From Planctomycetota bacterium (GTDB lineage Bacteria; Planctomycetota; Phycisphaerae; WQYP01), in the NCBI GenBank assembly GCA_021810145.1, contig JAJZJL010000001.1:23045-87044 (forward strand): a DNA stretch of 64,000 nt. Direction: 5' to 3'. Position 1 is the stretch's first letter. Each line of letters opens with the position of its first letter. The notes beneath the pieces are model-generated. The model was not told where the DNA came from. It did not search any database and was given only the letters and a program-made list of their open reading frames with translations. Below are positions 18,849 to 28,332 of the stretch, piece by piece. The translations under genes and the position numbers were made by a program.

Positions 18849-19322
18849 ATGAGACGCAAACCGAGCTACGTCCGTGACGCAGTTAGCTTCCAACCCGGAG
18901 TCGTTGCCCCCTGGCCCGCCGGCCACGACCCAGCCGATAAAGTGGCGCAGGATGTCCACTACCGGCCCAGTGGAGAGCACAAGAGCCACCCGTCACCAAA
19001 TAACCTTTGGACGTTCGGCCCGCGTAAAGGCAAGGCGTTATGCGATCCATTTAATGAAGCCCAGTGGCCCCAACGGCTGGAGGCACTGCGGCAGGCCATC
19101 CGTGCCTCCTGTGTGAGCCGCGAGTTTCGCGGCCGATTTCCCTCCCGTGTATGGGTATACATTCAGCGTAACGATGAGACCCGCAAACTCCACGAAGCAA
19201 GGCTCTCCAACAGTGGACAGGGCTGGTACCATGGCTTTCCATTGCAATATGAAGATCAGTATCCCGCGGATCCACAAGGCCTTTTAAGGAACGCTCCCTG
19301 TGTTAAGATCACTGACCATTGA
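18849..19322 (+). CDS. hypothetical protein (157 aa), uncertain gene
   Basis: ORF between imuA and the 440-aa gene on the same strand; TATACT -10-like element 12 nt upstream; no recognisable domain; overlaps the next ORF by 23 nt. Confidence 0.3.
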   Translation: MRRKPSYVRDAVSFQPGVVAPWPAGHDPADKVAQDVHYRPSGEHKSHPSPNNLWTFGPRKGKALCDPFNEAQWPQRLEALRQAIRASCVSREFRGRFPSRVWVYIQRNDETRKLHEARLSNSGQGWYHGFPLQYEDQYPADPQGLLRNAPCVKITDH

Positions 19323-20622
19323 ATGTGAACGCGTCGCGGAAGCGTCGGCGGTGGACCCGCTTGATCAACGAACGTGGGCCGCCACGCGCATCTTTGCGGG
19401 AGGTAAATGTGTCACCGCATTGTTGGACCGGGCAACCGGTAAGGAAACAAGCACCCTTTATATCCCGCTTTTCTCGCTGGCCCAATGGGTTGTAATGAAC
19501 TGGTGGATGTTGCTTAACGAAACATGCCGATGGGAAAGGCCGCCGGTTCCCGGAAAGCTCTGGTCTTCGGAAGAGGAAGCTTGGGTTCAGCGGCACTCTA
19601 TCAGAGCCGCAGATTCAGGCGTGTTGCTTCCACGATTAACCCTTTATGCGGACGGCCGCCACATTTGTGCGGATTGGCTGCGGGACGAGGACGACGCTTA
19701 CCCGAACATGCCAGGGCAGTTTCTGTATTCGTCTCGCGAATTGCTGGATCGGGCCGGTGTGGAATCGGCCTTCAGCGAGTTAATCACCAAAGTCCTGACT
19801 TGGAGCGGGCAGAGCAATGAAGATCTCCGCGTTGATGCACTGCGGAGAAACTGGGAAGCAATTTCCAATGCAGGTCCCGCCGAAAAGGAATTTTGCAACG
19901 CCGCCGGGCGCCTGGGTGTCGATCCGTATTCAACGCTTGAAGCCGGTCTTCTTGAATTTTTGGAACGCGCGGGAGAAGATCGCTCGCAACAATCGCTGTT
20001 TAACGACGTGCTCGATGCCGGTTCACCGGACTCTGCGGCTGAACTTTGGCAATGGGCATCAGAAATCCATCTGAACCGCGCTCCATCAATCGATGTGCCC
20101 GCGCTACCGCTGTCACTGCTCGCGGCGAAAGCCGGGTATCAGGTAGCCCGGCAATGGCGCAATGCGATGGGACTGGCACCCCATACACCTATTGCCGATT
20201 TATCTCAAACGAGCAGGCAAATGGGAATCCCCAATCTGAAATTTGAGGAAAAAAATCACATCCCTTCCCGCAGGGTCCGGGCCGCTGTGGGCTGGCGTGG
20301 TGACCGGGAAATTGTATTGACAGGCCCGAATCCGGAGCGCCAGGAAAGCATTCGCTTCTTGACGGCTCGCGGGCTGTTTCACGCAGCATACGCATGTTCA
20401 GATGGTGCAAGACTCGTAACCGACGTGCGAAATTGGGACCAGCAGTGCTCTCGGGCCTTCGCGGCAGAATTGCTGATTCCGCAGGAAGTTGTTCTCAATG
20501 AAATGAATTCGGAATCAGACTCGGACGCGTTTGAGCGCCAGGCCGAGAAACTTGCGACAACCTTTAAAGTCAGCACCCGCGCGGTTTATTGGCAGTTTCA
20601 GAATGGATCCAGAGCGAATTGA
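19300..20622 (+). CDS. hypothetical 440-aa protein with a degenerate ImmA/IrrE-like (COG2856/DUF955) C-terminal region lacking the HExxH motif
   Basis: C-terminal RFLTARGLFHAAYA...(30 aa)...SRAFAAELLIPQEVV resembles the ImmA core, but HExxH is replaced by ARGLFH; the N-terminal 300 aa is unrecognisable. Confidence 0.5.
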   Translation: MLRSLTIECERVAEASAVDPLDQRTWAATRIFAGGKCVTALLDRATGKETSTLYIPLFSLAQWVVMNWWMLLNETCRWERPPVPGKLWSSEEEAWVQRHSIRAADSGVLLPRLTLYADGRHICADWLRDEDDAYPNMPGQFLYSSRELLDRAGVESAFSELITKVLTWSGQSNEDLRVDALRRNWEAISNAGPAEKEFCNAAGRLGVDPYSTLEAGLLEFLERAGEDRSQQSLFNDVLDAGSPDSAAELWQWASEIHLNRAPSIDVPALPLSLLAAKAGYQVARQWRNAMGLAPHTPIADLSQTSRQMGIPNLKFEEKNHIPSRRVRAAVGWRGDREIVLTGPNPERQESIRFLTARGLFHAAYACSDGARLVTDVRNWDQQCSRAFAAELLIPQEVVLNEMNSESDSDAFERQAEKLATTFKVSTRAVYWQFQNGSRAN

Positions 20623-20631
20623 TTAACGATC

Positions 20632-21165
20632 ATGCCGAATCATACCGAACATCTTATTGCGCTGATTCTTGCACCGGTGGTGCTTATTTCCGCCTGCGGG
20701 CTGTTGTGTTTGACGTTTTATAACCGCATGGCGGTTTTAACAGCGCGAATCCGCAGCTTTAATGCCGAGCGTTTTGAGTTACTGGAAAAAATTAATCAGG
20801 AACCGCCGCCGCAGCCCACGCCAACCAGGGCGCTGCATCCACTGCGGGAGCGTCTGCGCGGACTTGAAGCGCAGACCGAAGCCATTTTATATCGCGCCCG
20901 GTTGATTCGACGCACGCTGGTGTGTCTGGTGTCATGTATTATCGGGATGCTGCTGTGCTCATTGACGCTGGGCATGGGACTGATTATTCCCCATCTGGAT
21001 TATGCCGCACTGACATTTTTCACACTCGGTATGATCGCCATGCTGTTGGCAATGATTACCGCGCTGATGGAACTGCAACTGAGCCTGAAACCAGTGTCGC
21101 TGGAGCAGGATTTCTTTGATCGTGTAACGCCGCTGTCGGAAAATCCGATCCACGAACACGCCTGA
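20632..21165 (+). CDS. DUF2721-like membrane protein (TM - coiled-coil - 2TM)
   Basis: Hydrophobic LIALILAPVVLISACGLLCL, charged helical middle, then two hydrophobic segments; 9-nt gap from the upstream gene. Confidence 0.5.
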   Translation: MPNHTEHLIALILAPVVLISACGLLCLTFYNRMAVLTARIRSFNAERFELLEKINQEPPPQPTPTRALHPLRERLRGLEAQTEAILYRARLIRRTLVCLVSCIIGMLLCSLTLGMGLIIPHLDYAALTFFTLGMIAMLLAMITALMELQLSLKPVSLEQDFFDRVTPLSENPIHEHA

Positions 21166-21208
21166 TGAGCCAGAATTTTTTCGGAAAATACCGGACTTCA
21201 CGACAAAC

Positions 21209-21281
21209 TTGACGATCCGTCGGTTGCCATTAGAATCAACAGGTGAATCAGTACTCCAAACAATGACATCAGTCATTGTTT
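21209..21281 (+). promoter_or_regulatory. promoter TTGACG-16 nt-TAGAAT followed by perfect palindrome AAACAATGAC-atca-GTCATTGTTT (21258-21281) immediately upstream of the Lon-like gene
   Basis: Read directly from the sequence; the palindrome lies about 20 nt downstream of the -10, an operator-like position; its AT-rich stem argues against a terminator. Confidence 0.45.
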
Positions 21282-21312
21282 TCTGCGCACCGCACTTCAG
21301 CGGCACTGGTAA

Positions 21313-22593
21313 TTGGAGAAGCATTATATGATCAGGGTGAGGAAAAGCTGCGGAATCAAAACATTGAAACGTATCTGTTTCTGCGTGATGATTCTGGCTT
21401 GCGGCGCAACGGCGGTGCCGTTCACCTGTGCGGCCGCGGGCGATGGCGTTTTTGCGCCAGGTGCCAGCCGATACAGCGCCATCGTCAATCCCGCATATCT
21501 GCATCGTGAGAAGTTCTATGGACGGATGGAAAATTCCATCCGCGGATTGCTGGTGTATCAATTCAGCAATGGCCGGCTGGCTGGCAACAGCGAAGAGATC
21601 ATTGCGACGGTCAATCCAGAACAGAAAACTCCGCCGATTAAATTTGTCAATAAAGTCGGACCGGACGTGATGGTTGCGGCCAAAATCGCCTTGCGAGCGG
21701 TCCGATTGCGCTATCCGGAAATTCAACCCGGATGTATACGGTTGAGTTTTTCGGATCAATATACCGCAGTGGACGGAAACTCAGCGGGCTGTGCCTTTGC
21801 CGTGCTTATGCTATCGCTGCTGGAAAATACACGCCTGGACCGCAGCATGGCTGTCACTGGAGCAGTTACCGCCGATTGGCGAATTCGAGCGATCGGCGGT
21901 CTGGCGGCCAAAATCCCCGGAGCCATCTCCGACCATCTCACCGGCGTGGTTGTACCGCAGAGCAACAGCCGTAATGTCTGCGATGTCATGCTGCTAAATG
22001 GGCCGCAGACAGCCTGGCAGATCCAGATATTCGCCGCACGAACGCTGCAACAGGCTATGGCTCTGATGCGGCGAAACAAACCACGTGCAATCAGTTATGC
22101 GATGCTGTTGTTTTCCACACTACAGCCCACCTTCGCAAAAGAAGGTAAATCGGCATTGCGAGATCCGGCGGTGATACAAAGACTCAAGCAAATTGTGGCG
22201 CTGGCACCCGATGATCTATCAGCTCAGTATCTGTTGGAATTGGCCAAAGGGACCGAGCCGACAAAATTATCCATCGGTGCATCAATGTACGAAGCATTTG
22301 CCGCAATACATTTTTACAACGACTATCTGTGGAAGACCACACTACCCAAGACCCCGCCGTTTCCCATTCGAGACTCGCTACGGCGGCTTAATCGGCTCCG
22401 CAGCATTGCATCAGTCCGATGCCTGCCCCTGATCGAGGCCTTGGCACGATTTGTCCGGGCTTGCGGCACATGGGGTGGCACCGCGAACGGCGCCGCACAT
22501 ATTGTCCAGCGAGCGCAGGGCGTTGATCGTGTTCTGGACCGGATGCACAGCAACAAGCAAACGATATACCGTATGATGAACAGCGGATTTTGA
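21313..22593 (+). CDS. secreted or membrane-anchored Lon-type (S16) serine protease domain protein with an unrecognised 170-aa C-terminal extension
   Basis: N-terminal signal/TM (ICFCVMILACGATAVPFTCAAA); DGNSAGCAFAVLMLSLL...MAVTGAVTADWRIRAIGGLAAKI matches the Lon catalytic Ser (DGPSAG) and Lys (GGLKEK) blocks. Confidence 0.6.
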   Translation: MEKHYMIRVRKSCGIKTLKRICFCVMILACGATAVPFTCAAAGDGVFAPGASRYSAIVNPAYLHREKFYGRMENSIRGLLVYQFSNGRLAGNSEEIIATVNPEQKTPPIKFVNKVGPDVMVAAKIALRAVRLRYPEIQPGCIRLSFSDQYTAVDGNSAGCAFAVLMLSLLENTRLDRSMAVTGAVTADWRIRAIGGLAAKIPGAISDHLTGVVVPQSNSRNVCDVMLLNGPQTAWQIQIFAARTLQQAMALMRRNKPRAISYAMLLFSTLQPTFAKEGKSALRDPAVIQRLKQIVALAPDDLSAQYLLELAKGTEPTKLSIGASMYEAFAAIHFYNDYLWKTTLPKTPPFPIRDSLRRLNRLRSIASVRCLPLIEALARFVRACGTWGGTANGAAHIVQRAQGVDRVLDRMHSNKQTIYRMMNSGF

Positions 22594-22752
22594 CCAAAGG
22601 GATGGGCTTTGCACATGCACCATTTGTTCAACGCAACCGGGGATCATCGCGACATCGGGGCACCATGGCGTGCCTTTTTATTTCCCCATGCCTGCAACGG
22701 ATTATCAGAAATACACCTTTGCGGGGCAGCAGCCGTTCAGAAATGAATTCAG

Positions 22753-24411
22753 GTGACACCTATGCGAGCACGTCATATTGTCGGCAAATGGATAACAGGT
22801 CTGATGTGCTGCGCCGCATGGATCATCCAGGTGCCACCTGCGCACTGTAGCATAACCCGGGCGCGGGTGTGGTTCTCCACGGATGTGCTTGTGGCGACGG
22901 ATGGCAAATTGGCCGGCGTATACGTAAACGGCAACCGGCTGGCAAAAAGGAAAATTGTTCCGGTCCTTTCAAGCGGCGGCGTGAGCTGCGTTGACTTATG
23001 GATTCATACCCACCCTGGCGACTGGCTGGTACTTCATGTCGTGTGCCCCAAAGGCCTGATGCAGCGGAGAGGCGTTGCGGTTGCAGGAAGACGGCGGGGC
23101 AACGGTGTATTTCTTTCGGAAGCACATACCCGGCAATGGTGCGCCATTTCCAATGCCGCTCAAGCTTCCAAATTTATCGATCTTCGCGATTTTGGCCGCC
23201 AATCTCCGGCTGTTATCCCGCAGCACCCGTCGAACCATTGTTTTACCATGGTGGCCAAACATACCAATTTCGACGATGGCGAGGTAATCTGGGCATCTGG
23301 AAATCCGCGGGAGGTATGGATTAAATGCCTGATTCCCCGCCAAGCGACGCCGGCAACCGGAATACCAGACAACACCGGACACCCCGCGCAACCTGCCGCG
23401 GAGCGCAAACGCTCAGCAGTCCAACCCATTGCCAGTGGCCTTTACACCCTGGCCAACCAGTATAGCCACCTGATGCTCAACGATCCGGGGCATTCTGATC
23501 AATCGGGTACGGCCATTGATCAGGCAGATGCGGATGGAGGCAAGCATCAGAATTGGAAATTTACCTATCAGGGTCACGGCCTTTATACCATTGAGAACGC
23601 ATTCAGCAAGTTGTATCTTTCCGGCCCGGGATCCAATCCGCATCCGGGCGATTTATTGCGCCAGGAGTCTGAGAATCAGAAGGCCAATCAGCAATGGAAA
23701 TTGCAACGCCAGGGTGATGGATTTCTTTGCATCAACGCGCTTAGTGGCCTTGCCATGGACGATGACGGACATATGACAAAACCTGGAACGGCCGTGGTTT
23801 TATGGTCCGTTCATCACGTTCACGTCATTGGGAATCAGGCATGGATATTCCAGAAAGCCCAGGGCGTGCAGGTCGGCACCAAACCGCAAGGCATAGCCGC
23901 ACCTGCGGTTCACCGCGCCGAGCCAATGCCTTCATTCACGGACGTTCTGGCAGAGAAGGCCATCAAAACGTATCAAACACAAATACGCATTGCACACGCG
24001 AATTATCGCAAGGCCCTTGCGAAAGCGGCCGGCACATGCGTGACCGCACTGCATGCCGCGTTGGTGACCGCGATGACCACAAACCGTCCGGGCGAAACGC
24101 GAAAACTCACGGTGATTATCACAGCGATGAAGCACTCCCTGTACCATCCCGTAATCGCAACGACATTCACGATTCCGTCCGCGCAGTATGCGTGGCGGAG
24201 ATATATGGTGAATCGGGCGCAGGTGCGCGCAAATTATCTCATTGTGCGGGACAGGCTATGGCGGCAGCTTGCCTCAACGTTGGGAGGTAAAGCACTGATG
24301 GAGGCCATCGACTCCGGAAATGTTGCCGATGCCCTGCTGATTCACCAGATCGTTCGGCGGCTCGATCGCGAAAACAGAAATCCTCTGGCATTTCCCGGCA
24401 ACAAGCCGTAG
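22753..24411 (+). CDS. ricin-B (beta-trefoil, QxW repeat) lectin domain protein with unknown N- and C-terminal regions
   Basis: QNWKFTYQGHGLYTIEN, QQWKLQRQGDGFLCIN and NQAWIFQ are QxW repeats; hydrophobic N-terminus. Confidence 0.55.
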   Translation: MTPMRARHIVGKWITGLMCCAAWIIQVPPAHCSITRARVWFSTDVLVATDGKLAGVYVNGNRLAKRKIVPVLSSGGVSCVDLWIHTHPGDWLVLHVVCPKGLMQRRGVAVAGRRRGNGVFLSEAHTRQWCAISNAAQASKFIDLRDFGRQSPAVIPQHPSNHCFTMVAKHTNFDDGEVIWASGNPREVWIKCLIPRQATPATGIPDNTGHPAQPAAERKRSAVQPIASGLYTLANQYSHLMLNDPGHSDQSGTAIDQADADGGKHQNWKFTYQGHGLYTIENAFSKLYLSGPGSNPHPGDLLRQESENQKANQQWKLQRQGDGFLCINALSGLAMDDDGHMTKPGTAVVLWSVHHVHVIGNQAWIFQKAQGVQVGTKPQGIAAPAVHRAEPMPSFTDVLAEKAIKTYQTQIRIAHANYRKALAKAAGTCVTALHAALVTAMTTNRPGETRKLTVIITAMKHSLYHPVIATTFTIPSAQYAWRRYMVNRAQVRANYLIVRDRLWRQLASTLGGKALMEAIDSGNVADALLIHQIVRRLDRENRNPLAFPGNKP

Positions 24412-24439
24412 CACTGATCTGAGCCTTTCAGCGGTGTGA

Positions 24440-25452
24440 TCACTTTTTCATATAGGCTGCAATAGCGCGCGGGACGAAATCGGCGATGTCTGTGGCCAGA
24501 ATACCGGCTGGGCCGATCGCCTTGGCGGCCAGATCACCGGCGGAGCCGTGTAAATGTACCGCCAATCGCGCCGCCTGTGCACAGGGAATCCCTTGACCAA
24601 TCAGGGAGGCAATGATCCCGGTCAGCACATCGCCGCTGCCCGCTGTTGCCATGGCGGGATTGCCGGTTTTATTTATGCCAATGCGTCCACCATCGGCAAT
24701 GACGGTGTTATGCCCTTTCAGTACCACGACGCAGCCCGTTGCCCGGCTCAACAGTTCCGCCAATGCCGTGCGATCGGGTCCGCCACTGACCGCCGGTTCG
24801 ACCGGGGATTGCACCGCGGTTGCCGCGGCCGGTTCATCCTGCATTTCCAGAGCCACGCCATCGGCCGTGGAAGGTAAGTCATCATCATCATCATCGGCCA
24901 GACTGCGCGGAGCACTGGCCGTGACGGGGGCTTTTTCCGCCGCCATACCGATGTTGCCTCCGCGCTTGGCAACGGCCGCCATCAGCCTCATGAATTCACC
25001 CATGTGCGGCGTCAGAACCACATTGGACCAATCGCGGCGTGTCGGCCACTCGCTGGCTTCCAGCAGCGACAGGGTATTAAGCGCATCGGCGTCAAGCACC
25101 AATGGGCCGCGATGGCGTTCCAGAAATTCCAGTACAATTTTTTTGGTGCTTGTGCCGGTGCCCATTCCCGGTCCAATTGCGACGGCATCATGGAGTTCCG
25201 CAAACTCCACCAGCGATTTCATATCGCGTGGATTGATCACAAAGCCGGTTGCCACCGGGCAGATTGTTAAAACCTGCGGGAGAATATCCTTGAATGTTGC
25301 GATTCGGCAAAGACCGGTTCCGGTGCGCATGGCACCCGTTGCCACCATTGCCGGGGCACCGATCATGCAGTCCGATCCGGCTATTACCAGCACTTTTCCA
25401 AAATCGCCTTTATGGGCCTCTGCTCGCCTGGGCGTCATACCGGGTAATTCGA
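24440..25452 (-). CDS. nnr: ADP-dependent (S)-NAD(P)H-hydrate dehydratase (YjeF C-terminal/Nnr2 family) with an acidic poly-Asp insertion
   Basis: HKGDFGKVLVIAGS...LDADAL...TPHMGE...GSGDVLTGIIASL blocks; start taken at METIELPG (25452), not the long upstream ORF extension. Confidence 0.75.
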
Positions 25453-25897
25453 TTGTTTCCATAAGAAATAGCCTATGAGAATTTCTCATGATCGGCAAGT
25501 GCGCATACAAAAAACATCTCAACGGAGGTGCGTGACGCGTTAGGCGGGGCGAAAGCAGCCGCGAACGTGGCGGCGGAGGTCGCCCAGACCCCGTTCGCGA
25601 AAACGGCCGTGGGTTCCCACCCACGGCTGCATGAGCGGGGCGTTGTTGCCAAGGAATGTTAGTATCATCGCAGACCCACGTTCCGGCACGCCCGATCACG
25701 TTGATGAGCATTATGATAGATGGGGAATAGTCACGCAGCCACGCAGTCCCGATTGGGATCGGGAGGAGCAATCCCATGGCCGTTGGAATCGCGTGCGACG
25801 GACGGTGCAGGATGGCAGAGGCGATTATTTTATCTGACAATGCTGCGGCAAATATCGTTTTCGGTTGTGCGTTGGATGCCGCCGATGACAGCCGGCT

Positions 25898-27343
25898 TTA
25901 TTGATCAAAAAAGTGATAATACTTCCCTTTTTTCAGGTTCTGCAGCAGCAGCGCGAGTTCCACCGCGTGATAATCCCCCCACAGACTGCTTTCACCGCAC
26001 GGAATTTTACGCCCCGGCGGGATATAATCCCAGCCATTGGGCCGGTGATAAATCGAATGCAGAATCAATCCCTGATGGTCCGGTGAAGTACTTAAGTATG
26101 GCTCGGAAAAAAGCGTTTTTGCAATGCGCATGCCACATGTCAGGTAATCCGATCCCGCACCAGGTTTACGGGAATCCAGAAATCGGCCAAGGCGGATAAA
26201 ACCCTGCCCGGCGATGGCCGCGGCGCTTGAATCAATGGGTTCATGGTCGTTGTATGGATCGGAAGCTGTGCTGCTGTATTGCACAGGCCGGGGTAGATGC
26301 GGCGCGCCGGAGTCCCAGTAAACCATTGCGTCCGTGAAACTGTTCTGACGATACCATTGCGCGGTTACCAGTGCTGCGTTCAAGTAGGTATCTATAACCG
26401 TTTTTTTCAGATCAGACTGCAAAGGGTCCGCAAAGTGAGGGGCCAGACTCACCCAGTGCGCATCGGTGAGCGTGGCGAGAAATTCCAACTGCTCGGCGAA
26501 TCCCAGCAGTATCCAGGCCAGCCCGCGGGTCCAGGTGGAAAACGGGCTGAACCCCTGCTGACTGCTCGGACAGCGAAATCGTCCGTCATTGATATTGAAT
26601 ATGGACTCATGCACCACGCGCCCCGGCTGGGTATCATAAAAGTCTCTGCCGGTACCGTAGAACACATTGTATTTTGCGGTGGTTAATCCGTGGTGAATAC
26701 TGCGTGCCAGCAGGTTGATGGGCCGATCATTTTCGCCATACAGTTCATGCTTGAGATTCCACGCCATCACCAAAGCCCGCAGGGAGCGGATTGTATCGCT
26801 GAACAGAGAATGTGGCCCGTTAAATGAATAAATATAGCCGGTATCACGCCGGGCGGGATTCTTTTCCGGTTCGGAAGCAATGGCCGTCCAACGAGCGGCC
26901 TGCACCGCCCCACTGGCTTTCAGCGCCATTTCAAGAAAGTTCAGATAATGTGCGTCATAAGGGATTTTTTTTATCAGCATCAGCCGGCGCAGATTTCCAT
27001 ACGTTGAAATATTGTTAAATCCGTGGTCATGCACGCCGATGTTGGATACATGCCGGGCCATATGGCTGAGGATATGCTTCTCGGCAAGAATCGGGAGTTC
27101 ATCATTACCGTTGCCGTCAAAAATCAGCAACGGAATGCCCAACAGGAAGCCCTCGGTCCAGAGGGTCCAGTTACGGGCCTGATATTTTCCTTGAATGGTA
27201 AAAACCGGTGCGCCATTTTCCGGCTTCCACGCCGCCAGTGTTGCCGCCGATTTTTGTGCGGCCAGTGCAAAGACTTTATCCAAATCAGCGGAATCGAGCG
27301 TTACCGGCCCGGAGGTTGTCATATTCATCGGCGTCCCGTGCAA
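25898..27343 (-). CDS. six-hairpin glycoside-hydrolase-like protein (GH88/GH105-like unsaturated glycuronyl hydrolase candidate)
   Basis: WTEGFLLGIPLL, GVHDHGFNNI, TWTRGLAWILLGF and SLWGDYH resemble the (alpha/alpha)6 unsaturated glucuronyl hydrolase family; the assignment is tentative. Confidence 0.45.
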   Translation of the reverse strand: MHGTPMNMTTSGPVTLDSADLDKVFALAAQKSAATLAAWKPENGAPVFTIQGKYQARNWTLWTEGFLLGIPLLIFDGNGNDELPILAEKHILSHMARHVSNIGVHDHGFNNISTYGNLRRLMLIKKIPYDAHYLNFLEMALKASGAVQAARWTAIASEPEKNPARRDTGYIYSFNGPHSLFSDTIRSLRALVMAWNLKHELYGENDRPINLLARSIHHGLTTAKYNVFYGTGRDFYDTQPGRVVHESIFNINDGRFRCPSSQQGFSPFSTWTRGLAWILLGFAEQLEFLATLTDAHWVSLAPHFADPLQSDLKKTVIDTYLNAALVTAQWYRQNSFTDAMVYWDSGAPHLPRPVQYSSTASDPYNDHEPIDSSAAAIAGQGFIRLGRFLDSRKPGAGSDYLTCGMRIAKTLFSEPYLSTSPDHQGLILHSIYHRPNGWDYIPPGRKIPCGESSLWGDYHAVELALLLQNLKKGKYYHFFDQ

Positions 27344-27345
27344 TT

Positions 27346-28332
27346 TCAGCCTTGAAAATAAATGGCTTTCTTGATGGCATCGGCCACGCGATCCACCCCC
27401 GGCACCACATGCTGCAACAAGGGCTTGCTGTAAGGCATGGGGACATCCAGCGAGGCAACACGAACAACTGAATTATCGAGATAGTCGAAACAGTTTTCCT
27501 GCAACTGCGCGGCAATTTCCGACCCCACACCGCACTGCGGATAACCTTCCTCCACCGTCACGCAATAGCCGGTCTTCTTAACCGAGGCCATAATGGCGGG
27601 CATATCCAGCGGCCGCAGCGTGCGCGGATCAACCACTTCCACTTCAATGCCGTGTTCCTTGTGCAACTTTTCCGCGGCGGCCAGGGCCGTCAGGCAGCCA
27701 TGCCCCCATGCCACAACCGTACAATCGGTACCTTCGCGCTTAATATCGGCTTGACCAAAAGGCAACAGATATTCTTCTTCCGGAACTTCTCCGCGCAGGC
27801 CATACATGGATTCATTTTCCAGGAAGATCACCGGATCATCATCGCGAATCGCCGTTTTCAAAAGCCCCTTGGCGTCATACGAAGTTGTCGGACAGACCAC
27901 TTTCAGGCCCGGAATGTGTGTGTAAAGCGCATCAACGGTCCAGGAATGCGTGGCACCAAGCTGCTGTCCCGGTCCGGATATGCCGCGGAAAACAATCGGC
28001 ACTTTCAGTTGTCCGCCGGACATGTGCCGAACCTTCGGCGCATTGTTAACCACCTGGTCAAATGCGACAAGCGAAAAGGAAAAGGTCATAAATTCGATAA
28101 TCGGCCGCATGCCCACCATTGCCGCGCCCACACCAAGTCCGGCGAAGCCGCACTCGGAAATCGGCGCGTCCACAACGCGCATCGGGCCGAATTTAGCCAG
28201 CATTCCCTGCGATACTTTATAAGCACCGTCGTATTCGGCTACTTCTTCCCCAATTAAAAACACATCCGGATCGCGCTGCATTTCTTCGCACATGGCCTGA
28301 TTGAGCGCTTCACGCATTTGAATTTCGGGCAT
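27346..28332 (-). CDS. pdhB: pyruvate dehydrogenase E1 component beta subunit
   Basis: MPEIQMREALNQAMCEEMQRDPDVFLIGEEVAEYDGAYKVSQGMLAKFGP... is a typical E1-beta; start at the ATG at 28332. Confidence 0.85.
   Translation of the reverse strand: MPEIQMREALNQAMCEEMQRDPDVFLIGEEVAEYDGAYKVSQGMLAKFGPMRVVDAPISECGFAGLGVGAAMVGMRPIIEFMTFSFSLVAFDQVVNNAPKVRHMSGGQLKVPIVFRGISGPGQQLGATHSWTVDALYTHIPGLKVVCPTTSYDAKGLLKTAIRDDDPVIFLENESMYGLRGEVPEEEYLLPFGQADIKREGTDCTVVAWGHGCLTALAAAEKLHKEHGIEVEVVDPRTLRPLDMPAIMASVKKTGYCVTVEEGYPQCGVGSEIAAQLQENCFDYLDNSVVRVASLDVPMPYSKPLLQHVVPGVDRVADAIKKAIYFQG

Noticed and set aside
18849-19116. Competing frames after imuA (18874-19116 versus 18849-19322)
   Set aside because: Kept only the longer 157-aa frame, at low confidence; neither has a domain, and the shorter is Pro/Arg-rich as in GC-rich artefacts.
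24440-25840. Long 466-aa version of the nnr ORF
   Set aside because: The N-terminal 126 residues are Pro/Arg-rich and precede a good internal Met (METIELPG) that matches the family start; the upstream extension is treated as non-coding.
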